DNA from: the human T2T-CHM13v2.0 reference genome, Homo sapiens
Reading direction: 5' to 3' (one strand)
Length of the DNA: 64,000 bases
Assembly (NCBI RefSeq): GCF_009914755.1
Contig: NC_060947.1
Shown here: positions 1-19,062 of the stretch, piece by piece
Position numbering within the stretch: the first letter of the stretch is position 1
Layout: every line of letters begins with the position of its first letter
Notes under the pieces: model-generated
Told to the model about the DNA's origin: nothing
Seen by the model: the letters and a program-made list of their open reading frames with translations, nothing else
Databases searched by the model: none
Program-made: the position numbers and the translations under genes

Positions 1-3098
<3,098 letters not shown>

Positions 3099-3793
3099 GA
3101 AAGTTTATTCAAAGGGATAATAATAGAGAACTTCCCAAACCTAGAAGGAGATATCAATATCCAAATACAAAGCAGTTATAGAACACCAGATTTAACCCAA
3201 AGAACGCTACCTCAAGTATTTAAAAATCAAACTCCTAAAGCCCAATGATAAAGAAAGGATCTTAAAAGCAGTAAGAGAAAAGAAAAAAACAACATACAAT
3301 GGAGCTCCAATACATCAAGCAGACTTTTCAATGGAAACCTTACAGGCCAGGAGACAGTAGCATGATGTATTTAAACTGTTGAAGGAAAAGAACTTTTATC
3401 CTAAAATAGTATATCCAGCAAAAATATCCTTTAAACATGAAGGAGAAATGAAAACTTTCCCAGACAAACAAAAGCTGAGGAATTTCATGAACACCAGACC
3501 TGTCCTGCAAGAAATGCTGAAGAGAGTACTTCAATCAGAAAGAAAAGGATGTTCGTGAGCAGTAAGTAATCACTTGAAGATACAAAACTCACTGGTAATA
3601 TAAGTACACAGAAAAACACAGAATATTATGACACTGTAACTGTGGTGTGCAAACTACTTTTATCTTAAGTAGAAAGACTAAATAACGAACCAATCAAAAA
3701 TAATAACTACAACAACTTTTCAAGACACAGACAGTACAATAAGATATAAACAGGAAAAAAACGTTTAAAAGCAGGGGGTCGAAGCTCCTAAAG

Positions 3794-4095
3794 CAGGAAC
3801 CGGGCTGCACAGCAGGAGATGAGTGGCGGGGCAAGTGAGCATTCCTGCCTGAGCTCCACCTTCTGGCAGATCAGCAGCAGCATTAGATTATCATAGGAGC
3901 ACGAACCCTATTGTGAACTGCGCATGCAAGGGATCTAGGCTGCACACTCCTTATAAGGATCTAATACTTAATGATCTGAGATGAAAGAGTTTCATCCAGA
4001 AACCATTCCCCACCCCCGATCCCCCACCGCCGCTCCATGGAAAAACTGTCTTCCACGAAACTGGTCCCTGGTGCCAAAAAGGTTGGGGACTGCTG
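3794..4095 (+). mobile_element. MER1B (hAT-Charlie) non-autonomous DNA transposon with a deletion near the 5' end
   Basis: aaccgggctgcacagcagg...ggtgccaaaaaggttggggactgctg; imperfect 8-bp TSD tcctaaag/ccttaaag. Confidence 0.85.
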
Positions 4096-4115
4096 CCTTA
4101 AAGAATTAAAATGAG

Positions 4116-4985
<870 letters not shown>

Positions 4986-6466
4986 TTATAGTGGTGGGTG
5001 GCAGAAATATCTCATGCCAATGGACACCAAAAAAGAGCAGGAGTGCTGATATTTATATCACACAAAATAGGTGTCAAGACAAAAACTATAAGAAGAGACA
5101 AAGAAGGTCACTATATAACGATAAAGGGAACAATTCCACAAGAGGATATAACAATTTTAAATATATATGCACCCAACACTGGAGCACCCAGATATATAAA
5201 GCAAATATTATCAGAGATAAAGAGAAACATAGACTTCATACAATAATAGCTGTAGATGTCAACACCCCACTTTCGGCATTGGACAGATCTTCCAGACAGA
5301 AAATCAAAAAGAAGCATCAGACTTAATTTGCACTATAGAACATATGGATCTAATGGATATTTACAGAACATTTCATCCAACAGCTGCAGAATACACATTC
5401 TTTTCCTCAGCACATGGATCATTCTCAAAGACAGACCAAATGTTAGGTCACAAAACAAGTTGTAAACACGCAAAAATTCAAAATAATACCAAGCATCTCT
5501 GACCACAATGGAATAAAATTAGAAACCAACAACAACAAGAATTTTGGAAACTATACAAATACATGAAAATTAAACAATATGCTCCTGAGTGACCGTGGGT
5601 CAATGAAGAAATTAAGAAGAAAGCTGAAAATTTTCTGGAAACAAATAATGGAAACATCACATACCAAAATGTATGGAATACAGCAAAAGAAATGCTAAGA
5701 GGGAAGTTTATAGCTATAACTCCCTACATCAAAAAAGAAGAAAATTTTCAAATAAACAACCTAACAATACACCTTTAAGGACTAGAAAAGCAAGAACAAA
5801 CCAAACCCAAAATTAGCAGAAGAAAAGAAATAATACAGGTCAGAGCAGAAATAAATAAAATTGAAATAAAGAAAATAACACATAAGTTCAATGAAACAAA
5901 AATGCGGTTTTTTGAAAAGTTAAACAAAATTGACAAAACTTTAGCCAGACTATCTAAGAAAAAAATACAGAAGATACAAATATTAAAATCACAGATCAAA
6001 GAGGAGACACAACTGATACCACAAAAATTCAAAGGATAATTAGTGGCCACTATGAACAGCTATATGCCAATTAATTGAAAAATTTAAAGAAATGAAAAAA
6101 TTTCTAGAAGCAAACAACCTACCAAGTTTGAAGCATAAAGAAATCCAAAACCTGAACACACCAACAACAAGTAATGAGATCAAAGCTATAATAAAAAGTC
6201 TCCCAGTAAAGAAAAGCTGGGGACCCAATGACTTTACTGCTGAATTCTATAAAATATTTAAAGAACTAATACTAATCCTACTCAAACTGTTCTGAAAAAT
6301 AGAGGAGGAGGGAATATATCCAAACTCATTCTACGAGGCCAGTATTACCCTGATACCAACCAGATAAAGATGCATCAAAAAAAGAAAACTACAGGCCAAT
6401 ATATCTGATGAATATTGATGCAAAAATCCTCGACAAAATATTAGCAAATCAAATTCAGCAATATAT

Positions 6467-6775
6467 GGCCGAGTGCGGTGGCTCACACCTGTAATCCCAG
6501 CAGTTTGGGAGGCCGAGGCAGGCGAATCACTTAAGGCCAGGAGTTCGAGACTAGCCTGGCCAACATGGTGAAACCCCATCTCTACTAAAACCACAGAAAT
6601 TAGCTGGGCGTGGTGGCACAAGCCTGTAATCCCAGCTACTCGGGTGGCTGAGGCACGAGAATCACTTGAACTCAGGAAGCAGAGGTTGCAGTGAATGGAG
6701 ATCATGCCACTGCACTCCAGCACTCCAGCCTGGGTGACAGAGCAAGACTTTGTCTCAAAACAACAACAACAACAA
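6467..6775 (+). mobile_element. Alu (AluS-like)
   Basis: Full dimer, (CAA)n tail, TSD core caatatat. Confidence 0.92.
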
Positions 6776-7492
6776 GCCCAATATATTAAAAAGATCATCA
6801 TGACCAAGTGTGATCCACCCTTGGGATGCAAACATCGTTCAACATATACAAATCAATCAATGTGATACATCATATCAACAGAATGAAGGATAAAAACCAT
6901 ATGATCATTTCAATTGATGCTGAAAAAGCATTTGAGAAAATCCAACATCCCTTCATGATATAAACCCTCAAAAAAACTGGGGATACAAGGAACATAACTT
7001 AACATAATAAAAGCCATATATAACAGACCCACAGCTAGTATCATAAGGAATGGGGAAGAACTGAAAGCCTTTCCTCTAAGATCTGGAACACAACAAGGAT
7101 GCCCACTGTCATCACTATTATTCAACATACTACTGGAAGTCTTAGCTAAAGCAATCAGAAAAGAAGAAATGACGAACATCCACTTTGGAAAAAAAGAAGT
7201 CAAATTATCTTTGCTTGCAGAAGATATAATGTCACATTTGGAAAAACCTAAAGACTACACCAAAAACTATTAAAACTGATTTAAAAGTTCAGTAAAGTTG
7301 CAGGATACAAAATCAACATATAAAAATCAGTAGCATTTCTATAAGCCAAGAGTGAACAATGTGAAAAAGATATAAAAGAAGTAATCCTATTTACAATAGC
7401 CACAAATAAAATTAAACATCTATGAATTAACCAAAGAAGTGAAAGATCCCTATAATGACAACTATAAAACACTGATGAAATAAATTGAAGAG

Positions 7493-7830
7493 GACCGGGC
7501 ATGGTGTCTCACACCTGTAATCCCAGCACTTTGGGAGGCTGAGGAAGGCAGATCACTTGAAGTCAGGAGTTCCAGAACAACCTGGCCAACATGGTGAAAC
7601 CCTGGCTCTACTAAAAATATAAAACTTAGCTGGGCATGGTGGTGCGTGCCTGTAATCTCAGCTACTTGGGAGGCTGTGGCAGAAGAATCACTTGAACCCA
7701 GGTGGTAGAAGTTGCAGTGAGCTGAGATTGCGCCACTACACTCCAGCCTGGGTGACAGAGCAAGACTCTGTCTCAAAAAAAGAAAAAAAAAAGAAAGAAG
7801 CTCCATCTCAGAAAAAGAAAGAAAGAAAGA
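7493..7830 (+). mobile_element. Alu (AluS-like) with duplicated 3' end and tail
   Basis: Dimer plus an extra ctccatctca-A tail; TSD aaattgaagaggac/aaattaaagaggac. Confidence 0.9.
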
Positions 7831-9660
7831 AATTAAAGAGGACACCAAAAAGTGGAAAGATATTACATGTTAATGAATTGGAAGAACCAATACTGTTAAC
7901 ATGTCCATACTACCCAAAGCAATCTACAGATTTGCTGCAATCCCTATCAAAATACCAATGACATTCTTCATAGAAATAGAAAAAAAAAATCCTGAAATGT
8001 ATATGGAACCACAAAACACCCAGAATAGTCAAAGCTATCCTAAGCGAAAAGAACAAATCTGGAGGAATCACACTACCTGACTACCAATTATACTAAAGAG
8101 CTATAGTAACCAAAATAGCATGGTACTGGCATGAAAACAGACACATAGACCAATGGAACAGAATAGAGATCCCAGAAACAAATCCACACACCTAACAGTG
8201 AACTCATTTTGAGTGTCAAGCACATACACTGGAGAAAAGAAAGAGTCTTGAAGAAATGGTGCTGGGGAATCCAATATGCAGAAGAATGAAACTAGACCCC
8301 TATCTCTCATCATATACAAAAATCAAATAAAAATAGATTAAAGACTTAAATCTAACTCCTCAAACTATGAAACTACTACAAGAAAACATTGGAGAAAATC
8401 TCTATAACATCAGTCTGGGCAAAGATTTCTTAAGTAATACCCCACAAGCACTGACACAAAAGCAAAAATGGACAACTGGGATCACATCAAGTTTAAAATC
8501 TTCTGCACAGCAAAGGAAGCAATAAACAAAATGAAGAGACGACCCACAGAACTGAAGAAAATGTGTGCAAATTACCCATCTAATAAGGGGTTAATGAGCA
8601 GAATATATAAGAAGCTTAAATAACTCTACAGGGGAAAATCTGATGATCCAATCAAAAAATGAGGAAACGATTTAGACATTTCTCACAGAAGACACACAAA
8701 TGGCAGGCAGACACATGAAAGATGCTCAACGTCATTGATCATCAGAACAATGCAAATCAAAACTACAATGAGATATCATCTCCACTCAGTTAAAATGGCT
8801 TATATCCAAAAGACAGGCAATAACAAATGCTGGTGAGGGTGTGGAGAAAAGGGGTGGAGAAAAGGGAACCCTTGCACAATGTTGGCAGGGATGTAAATTA
8901 GTACAACCACTATGGAGAACAGTTTGGAGTTTCCTCAAAAAACTAAAAATTGAGCTACCATATGATCCAGCAACCCCACTGCTGGTTATATACCCAGAAG
9001 AAAGGAAATCAGTATATTGAAGAGATATCTGCACTCCTATGTTTGTTGCAGCACTGTTCACAATAGCCAAGATTTGGAAACAACCTAAGTATCCACGGAT
9101 AGATGAATGGATAAAGAAATGTGGTACATTTATACAGTGGAGTCTTATTTAGCCATAAAAAAGAGTGAGATTCTGTCATTTGCAACAACATAAATGAATC
9201 TGGAGATCATTATGTTAAGTGAAATAAGCCAGGCACGGAAAGACAAACATCACATGTTCTCACTTATTTGTGGGACCTAAAAATCAAAGCAATTGAACAC
9301 ATGGACACAGAGAGTAGAAGGATGGTTACCAGAGGCTGGAAAGGGTTTGGGGGTGGTTTGGTGAGGGGAGGTGAGGATGATTAATGGTTATAAAAAATAG
9401 TTTAAAAGAAGGAATAAAACCTACTATTTGATAGCGCAACAGGGAGAGTATAGTCAAGAAGAACTCAACTGAACATTTTAAAATAACTAAAATAGTATAA
9501 TTGGATTGTTTGTAACACAAAGGATAAATGCTCGAAGGCATAGATAGCCCATTTTCCATGATGTGATTATTTCACATTGCATGCCTGTATTGAAGCATCT
9601 CATGTATCCCATAAATATGTATACCTAATATGTACCCACAAAAATTAAAAATAAATAAAA

Positions 9661-10770
9661 TATCTAGCCAAAATAATTAATAATAATAGATGGAACAACT
9701 AGACAGAACATCAAAAAGTATATATAAGACTTGAAGAACACTATAAACCTACTAGACCTAATAGACATCGGTAGCGCACTTGAATTAGTCCATTTTCACA
9801 CTGCCATAAAGAACTGTCTAAGACAGGGTAATTTATAAAGAAAAGAGGTTTAATTGACTCACAGTTCCACATGACTGGGGAGGCCTCGGGAAACATACAG
9901 TCATGGCAGAAATAGAAGCAGGTACATGTTACATGGCAGCAGGCAAGAGAGAGAGGGCAAAGGGGGAAGAGCCCCTGATAAAACCATCAGATCTCATGAG
10001 AACTCACTATCATGAGAACAGCATGGAGGAAACCAGCCCCATGATCCAATCACCTCCCACCAGGTCTCTCTCTTGACATGTGGGGATTACAATTCGAGAT
10101 GAGAGTTGGGTGGAGACACAGAGCCAAACCATATCAACAATCCACCCAATAATAGCAGACTATAAATTCTTAATTGCACATAGAACATTCTTCAGAATAG
10201 AACATATCCTAGGCCATAAAAGGCCATAGTAGATTTAACAGTTCCTTGTCTACATTGAATTAAATTAGAAATCAAGAACAAAAAAGAAATGAGGAAATTA
10301 CCAAGTGTGAAAATCTAACAACACACGTCTACATAACCAAATGGGTCAAAGAATAAATTACAAGGGGAATTAGAAAATACCTTGAGATGAACAAAAAGGA
10401 AAATGCACACACCAAAACTTAGGAGGTACAACTAAAGCAACAGTTAAAGGAAAATGTATAGCTATAAACATCAGTAATTTTTAAAAGATCTCAAATCAAT
10501 ATGCTAACCTTTCACCTTAGGAAAAGGGAAAAGGAAGAGCAAACTAAGCATAAATCAAGCACAGAGGGGGGAAATTATAGATTACAATGGAAATAAATGA
10601 AATTGATCACTAAAAAACAATAGAGAAAAATCAACAAACTCAAAAGTTTATGCTTTCAATATATCAAAAAATGGACACCTTTAGCAACACTGACCAAGAA
10701 AAGAAGAGAGAAGGCTCAAATTACTACAATCAAGAATAAAAGAAAGGACATCACTACTGACCTTTAGAGA
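9661..10770 (+). mobile_element. Old L1M ORF2 fragment (split by THE1 LTR)
   Basis: Degenerate L1 ORF2 N-terminal sequence (aatgggtcaaagaataaattacaagggg...ggacatcactactgacc). Confidence 0.7.
9781..10136 (-). mobile_element. THE1 (THE1C-like) MaLR solo LTR
   Basis: tgaattagtccattttcacactgc...gagccaaaccatatca; approximate 5-bp TSD gcact/acaat. Confidence 0.88.
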
Positions 10771-11197
10771 AAAACTATTCCTAAAAGACTAGAGATCTAT
10801 TGTTCCAACTATGTGCCCTCAAACAAGTCTCAAGCTCCCTAAATTTAGATTTCCTTATCTGTACAAAGATGAGTTAATCTAAATCAGTCATTTTCAAACA
10901 TTTTCTAAGAAGGTGAATCATTTTTTCAAACAAAATCTTACAAGGACATATATAAAAAACTGATTAAAGCCTAACTTCTCTATTTGAAGCAACATGAGAA
11001 TCTGAGAATTGTGGAAAAGACTCTTCTTTCTCTTAAAGGAGGTCCTGAGGCTCTTCTGGTAGAATATAAGGACACCACAGAACATAATCTCTAAATTACT
11101 AAATAGGTGATCTGTAAGATTTCTTCCAGCTCTAAAGAGTTATCTATATTAAATTATTTTCCGTATTGAAAATGCTATTATACAATTCATTATGTTT

Positions 11198-11213
11198 CCA
11201 CTAGATGGTGCTA
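11198..11213 (+). promoter_or_regulatory. Candidate CTCF binding motif
   Basis: CCACTAGATGGTGCTA closely matches the CTCF core CCAC(Y)AG(R)(K)GGCGC; lies in non-repetitive DNA. Confidence 0.55.
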
Positions 11214-11359
11214 ATACCTACCTTTCCATTAAAAATAAGCCTTGTATAGGCTGATTTTTAGTTAATAATTTTATCACCGTATATGTAAACCCTTAGCTTT
11301 TCAAAGAACTACTATATTTCTTCTGTTATCCTCATTCCATGCCTGTGACACACATAATA

Positions 11360-11480
11360 TTGCACCTATTTTTCAGGTGAGGATATTGTGGTACATAGTA
11401 GTTAACTGAGTGATTCAAGGTCACAGTTTATCATTAACAAATTTTCTGCCAGCTCTGAGACCTTCCCTTAGATCACATTG
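11360..11480 (-). mobile_element. MIR fragment
   Basis: cctatttttcaggtgaggatattgtgg...ttcaaggtcacag resembles the MIR core. Confidence 0.55.
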
Positions 11481-11797
11481 CCTAATAATGTCAGATTCTC
11501 AGGGCCTCAGGCTGAGAAGAGAAGGGAAAATAAAGGAATGAACATTAAGTACATTAAAACTGGTACAAACGTCCTTTGGCCTTGTGGGATGGAACATCAA
11601 TATTTGTGCACGTAAATACATTTATAATTTCTTTGTTATTTCCTTTATTTCTCAATATAAGACCTCTGGTGATATATATTCCTACCTAAATATAGTAAAG
11701 GCAAAACAATAATAAATAAACATATCCCCTATTTAAATACTATCCTTAGGGTAAATATAATAGTTCTTTTAAATGCAGTATAGAAATTACATAATCT

Positions 11798-12098
11798 GGG
11801 AGAGGGGAGGGATAGCATTGGGAGATATACCTAATGCTAGATGATGAGTTAGTGGGTGCAGCGCACCAGCATGGCACATGTATACATATGTAACTAACCT
11901 GCACAATGTGCACATGTACCCTAAAACTTAAAGTATAATAATAAAAGAAAAAAAAGACAAATATTTAAGTTCATGGATATATATCCCAATTACATTGATT
12001 TGATGTTTTACAAAGTATATAAATATATTAAATTATCACATGTTCCCTGAAAAGATGTATACCTGTTATGTACAAATACAAATTTAAAATAAAAAAAA
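11798..12098 (+). mobile_element. 5'-truncated young L1 (L1PA2-like) with ~140 bp 3' transduction
   Basis: gcattgggagatatacctaatgctagatgatgagttagtggg...aactaacctgcacaatgtg; two A-tails; 16-bp TSD agaaattacataatct (11782-11797) / agaaattacgtaatct (12099-12114). Confidence 0.9.
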
Positions 12099-13144
12099 AG
12101 AAATTACGTAATCTAGGTTTACCAAACCTAAGCACTATGAATTTAGAAAGCAACAGTATATTTTTTGCTGGGTTTTTCTTTTAACTCAAAGAGGTATACA
12201 ATAAGTTTTATACAGGCAGAAAAGAGACACACTTCCCTCCAAACTCAGAGATATTCCGTCAAGAAAAAAAACTATTCCTGACCAATAGAAAGCAACTCAC
12301 ATTACTTACCAACAGAGACAGGTTTCAGATTAGTATATAGATAATTTTAAATGGTGCTGGAAAAGGATCTCAAAAATTTACTCCTCCCCTAACATACTGC
12401 CTACACAATCGTTTACTAACATCCCCAAAATCTAGCAGCAATAAATTTACGTGTTTGTTTAAAAAAAGATAATATAAACTGTAACCATAAAAGAAGGATG
12501 CTGAAAAAACTATGATCTGGTTGTATCCCTATTGGGAGAAAAGCAGCACAGAGCTCCCTTTCTCTGCATTGAGAAATACTCTCATTTTTGTTAACCTACA
12601 AAGAACTCTCTTCTTCAAGAATTTATAAGCATAAGGACCTAGTCTCTAACCTATAAGTCAAAGAAGTAATGTCATTAAATCTCATTTATTATGGTCAATG
12701 TTATATTATTTTTTACAGAACATCTTCAGGGTTTTATCCAACTCTCTTGGATGTTGTCCAATTCAAATGTCTTCTGTTATTTTACCAATTTATCTCATTG
12801 TCTCTAATATAACAGGAGATCACCAATTACAAATTTTCCTGTGTATACTCTTTGGCTTTACTTCATTCCATTAATCTTTTTTAAATGCAATCTATTTTGA
12901 AAAAAACTTAAAAAAAACTCCTTAAATCTTCCAAATCCATTTCAATGATTCTGTTTTTGAGTATGGAATAGATGCTCACTTTACAATCCATAATACATAT
13001 TTTTGTGATGCTTAAGATTTTATGACAACCACAAATAACTTTTTTAATAAGCAAAGAAGTTTTAAACTATATTTTTACTGTATCTATGTCTGGAACTCTT
13101 CCATTTTGACTGTTCCCTACATTTAATTTACCATAACTAGAAAA

Positions 13145-15066
13145 TAGGAGGTCTTAGGCCCACCACTATGGACCCAGACTTCAAGCCTGCCCCAGCGCCA
13201 AGTTAGCTCCTATTGCCCAAAGCTCCAGGCTTGCCTCATGAACCCAGCCTCCAGGCGTGTCCCAGTTATGGACCCACCCCCATAGCCCCAGGCTCTAGGC
13301 TTATCCCAACAGGAGACTGACCACATTAGCCTCAGTGCTAGATCAGTCCTCATGGCACGAAGCTTTATGCTGGCCTCTTACCCAAGTTCATGGCCTGCCT
13401 CAGTGCCAGGATGGACCACACAAACCCAGATTCCAGGCTGGCCATGCAGACACAGGCACTAGGTCAGCATACCTGAGAACTCCAGCAGAAAATTTGCCCA
13501 TGGTCTTCATGAGATGACCCACCCAGAATCACTAGACAGGCAGACTGGTAAAGGGCTTTCCCTGCTGAAGCAAGTCTGTAAATATTGAAAAAGTGTGCCT
13601 ATTTGTTTAAATGTGCAGATACCAACTCAAGGCCACAAAGATAAAAAATAATCAAGGCCAGGTGTGGTGGCTCATACCTATAATCCCAGCACTTTGGGAG
13701 GCTGTGGTGGGAGGATCACTTTAGTTCAGGAATTCAAGACCAGCCTGGGCAACTTAGGGAGGCCCCATCTATACAAAAATTTAAAAATTAGTCAGGCATG
13801 GTGACGCACACCTGTGGTCCCAGCAGATATGGGAGGCTGAGGTGGGAAGATTCTTTGGGCCTAGGAGGTTGAGGCTGCAGTGAGTCGTGATCACAACACT
13901 GCACTGCAGCCTGGTGACAGAGTGAGACCTTGTTTAAAAAAATTCTTTTTAAATAATAATCAAGGAAACGACACCACCAAAGGAATAAATTAAAGCACCA
14001 GTCACCAATTCTAAAGAAATGAGTATCTATAAACTGCCTGAAAAAGAATTCAAAATAATCACCTTAAAGGAGCTCAGTTAATTACAAGCGAACACAGACA
14101 ACTAAACAAAACCAGAAAATATATAAGCAAAATAAGAAGAGGTTCAAAAACAAGAAACATAAAAAAGAATGAAACAGAAATTCTGGAGCAGGACAATACA
14201 ATGATGAAACTAAAAACGGCCATACAGAGAGCTTCAACAGAAGACTCTCTGAAGCAGAATAATCAGCAAACTCAAAGACAGGCCATTTGAAATTACCCAA
14301 TCAGAGGGACAAAAAAAGAATGAAAAAGAGTGAAGAAAGCCTATGGAATTTATGGGACTCCATAAAGGAAAACAAACAAGCAACAACAACAACAAAAAAA
14401 ACACTATAGGAATCCCAGGAGGATTCATAAAAAGGATATAGAAAGAGAAAGGGTCAGACAGCTTAGTTAAATAAGGGAATGACAGAAAACTTCCGCAATC
14501 TGGACAACAAAGAGAACATCCAGACCATGAAGCCCAAAGAAAGCCAAATAAATTTAATGTAAAGAGATCTTCACTAAGACATAATATAACCAAATTAATA
14601 AAAGTCAAAAAAAAAGGGAGAATCATGAAAGTAATAAGAGAAAAGTGACTTATATAAAAGGCAATCTCCATAAGACTATCCATAAGACTATCACCAGATT
14701 TCTCGGCAGAAACCTTGCAGGCCAAAAGGGGTTGGGAATGATACATTCTACATGCTGAAAGAAAAAAAACTGCCTAGAAGAATATTGTAATATAGTCAGT
14801 AAAGCTATGTTTCAAAAATAAAGAAGAAATTATTTCCCAGACAAACAAAAAGCTGTGGGAGTTCATCACCACTGTCCCACAAAAAATGATGAAGAGAGTT
14901 CCTCAAGTTATTAATAAAAGAAAAGGATGCTAACAAACAATATGAAAACATATAAATGTATAAAACTCACCATAAAGGTAAGAATATACTCAAACTCACA
15001 ATATTCTAATATTGTAATGGTGGTACATAAATCACTTTTAACTATACTATGAAAGTTAAAAGATAA
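13145..15066 (+). mobile_element. Old L1M 5'UTR + ORF1 (host element; resumes ~18560-21700 and ~27875-31540)
   Basis: C-rich repetitive 5'UTR, then ORF1-like sequence (gatttctcggcagaaaccttgcaggcc). Confidence 0.7.
13656..13945 (+). mobile_element. Alu (AluJ-like)
   Basis: Dimer; TSD aataatcaagg. Confidence 0.88.
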
Positions 15067-16921
15067 GGAGCTTCAAGATGGCTAACTAAAGGCATCTCAT
15101 ACTCACCTCCTCCACTAATAAGAACCAAAATAGTACATAATAATACTTCAATAGATCATCCAAGAGAGAACACTGAAATTCAACAGAGAAGTTACAGGAA
15201 AAACCTAAAGCAAAAAAGGAGACGGAGGTGAGGCAGCTTGCTTGGCCAAGATTGGCTGCGAGCTGAGAGAGAGACTCCCCAATGCAGAGAAAGAGTGAGA
15301 GACCCCAAATGGACCACATCCCCATTGTGGACTCTTGCAATCCTAGCCACAGGAACGCCCCTAGACCCTTGTAGGCCCTGAAAATAACATAGAGAGCTGC
15401 CTAGAAACCACACAACAGCACTGTTCCAGACAGGGAACTTGGCTGGGTCCCACACTCCTAAATCAGGAGCAGATACAGCAAGATATCATTTTGAAAGCCC
15501 AGCCCACAACAGACTGCGCACTGTCCTGGGGCCCAGCAGCACCAGGGCTCGGGTGGGAGTGAAGCACAAGCTACAAAGAATAAATGTACCTCAATGTGAT
15601 AAAGGCCATATTTGACAAACCCACAGCTAACATCATAAAAAAAAAAAAAAAACTGGAAGCTTTTCTTCCAACAACTGGAACAAAACAAGAACGTCCACTA
15701 TCACCACTCCTATTCAAAATAGTACTGGAAGTTGTAGCCAGAGCAATCAGGCAAAAGAAAAAAATAAAAGGCATCCGAACTGGAAAAGAGGAAGTCCTTG
15801 CTGATGATATGATCTTATGTCTAGAAAAACCTCAAGACTCCATAAAAAACTCCTAGATCTAATAAATAACTTTGGTAAACTTGCAGAATACAAAATCAAC
15901 ATACAAAAATCAGCAGCATTTCTATACAACATTAATGAACTAGCTGAGAAAGAAATCAAGAAAAATACCCCATTTAAAACAGCTACAAAAAATGCCTAGT
16001 AATAAATTTAATCAAGGAGGTGAAAGTTCTCTACAAGTAGAACTAAAAAGCACTGGTGAAAGAGTTTAAAGGAAACATTTAAAAAAAAGATATCCCATGT
16101 TCATGGGTCAGAAGAGTGTATATTATTAAAGTGACCAAACTGTCCAAAGTAATCAGATTTAATGCAATCCCTATCAAAATACCAATGTCATTTTTCACAG
16201 AATTAGAAAAAATAATCCTAAAAAAGAACTTGAATAGCCAAAGCAATCCTGAGCAAAAACAACAACAACAACAACAAACAAAGCTGGCAGCATCATATTA
16301 CCTGACTCAAAATATATTACAAACCTGTATTAACCAAAACAACATGATATTGGTATAAAAACAACACATAGACCAATGGAACAAAACAGATAATCCAGAA
16401 ATAACTCCACATATTTACAGCCAACTAATTTTTGACAAAGCAATCAAGAACATAAATTGGTCTCTTCAATAAATGGTGCTAGGAAAATTAGATATCCATA
16501 TGCAGGAGAAAAAAATTGAACCCCTGTCTCTCACCATATACAAAAATCAACCCAAGATAGATTAAAGACTTAAATGTAAGACCTAAAACTATAAAACTAC
16601 TAGAAGAAAACATAGGGAAAATGCTTCAGGACATTGGTCTAGGCAAAGATGATATGGCTACAACCTCAAAAAGACAACAAAAACACGAATAGACAAATGG
16701 TACCATATTAAATTAAAAGGCTTCTACACAGCAAAAGAAACAATAACAAATTAAAGAGACAACCTGTTGAATAGGACAAAAATATTTGCAAACTATTCAT
16801 TCTACAAGGGACTAATATCTGGAATATACAACATATTCAAACACCTCAACAATTAAAAAAAATCTCATTAAAAAGTGAGGTAAAGGACATGAACAGACAT
16901 TATTCAAAAGAAGACATACAA

Positions 16922-17276
<355 letters not shown>

Positions 17277-17654
17277 TCATCTTACCCCACCCAGTCAGAA
17301 TGCCTATTATTAAAAAGACAAAAGTTAATGGATGGTGGCAAGGATGCAGAGAAAAGGGAATTCTTATGCACTGTTGATGAGAATGTAAATTAGTACAAGC
17401 ACTATGGAGAAGAGCGTGGAGATTTCTCAGAAAAAAAAAAACAAACTTATAATAGAACTATATATGATATAGCAATCCCACTACTGGGTATTTATCTGAA
17501 GGAAAGGAAATTAGTATATCAAAGGGATACTTAAACTTGCATGTTTGTTGCAGCACTATTCACAATAGAAAAAATATGTAATCAACCTAAGTGTCCATCA
17601 ACAGATGAATGGATGAAGAAAATGTGGTACATATACACAACAGAGTACTATTCA

Positions 17655-18008
<354 letters not shown>

Positions 18009-18399
18009 TCATTATGTTAAGTGAAGCCAGGCATAGAAAGACAAATATCATATGTTCTCACTCAGAAGTGGGAGCTAAAAATGTGGATCTCATGGAGGTA
18101 GAAAATAGAATGATAATACCAGAATCTAGGAAAGGTGTGTGGGTGGGAGAGGGGAGAAAAGGGGAGGTTGGTTAATGGTTACAAATATATAGTTGGAAGG
18201 AATAAGTTCTAATGTTCAATAGCAGAGTCAGGCAACAATTTCAGATAGCTAGAAGAGAAGACTTGAAATGTTTCCAACATATAGAAATGATAAATACTCA
18301 AGGTGATGGATACCCCAAATACCCCGACTTTATCATTACACATTCTACGTACGTAACAAACAGTTACATGGACCCCATACATATGTAAAGTGTTATATT

Positions 18400-18555
18400 C
18401 TTTTATTTATTTATTATTATTATTTTTTTTTTTTTTGTAGAGAGGAGGTTTTGCCATGTTGCCCAGGCTGGTCTTGAACTCCTGGGCTGAGGCATTCTAC
18501 CTACCTCAGTCTCCCAAAGTGCTGGGATTACAGCCAGGAGCCACCATGCCCAGCT
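18400..18555 (-). mobile_element. Alu monomer (FLAM-like)
   Basis: T-rich tail, then the reverse complement of an Alu left arm. Confidence 0.8.
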
Positions 18556-18716
18556 TATGTTCAATTTGTTTAAAATTCAAAGAAAAAAGTATTTAAAGTA
18601 ACTACAGTTACATTAACTTGTTCATTAATACAAAATATGATGTAAACTGTGACATCAAAAAACAAAATGTAGAGGGGAAGGAATAAAATGTGGAGCTTTT
18701 TATGTGATCATAATTA

Positions 18717-19062
<346 letters not shown>

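Noticed and set aside
12300-12500. Possible minus-strand exon (donor-like cttacc at ~12306, acceptor-like near 12480)
   Set aside because: No resemblance to the expected next TEX11 exon (QSYDIGKMDKK...) and no convincing coding frame.
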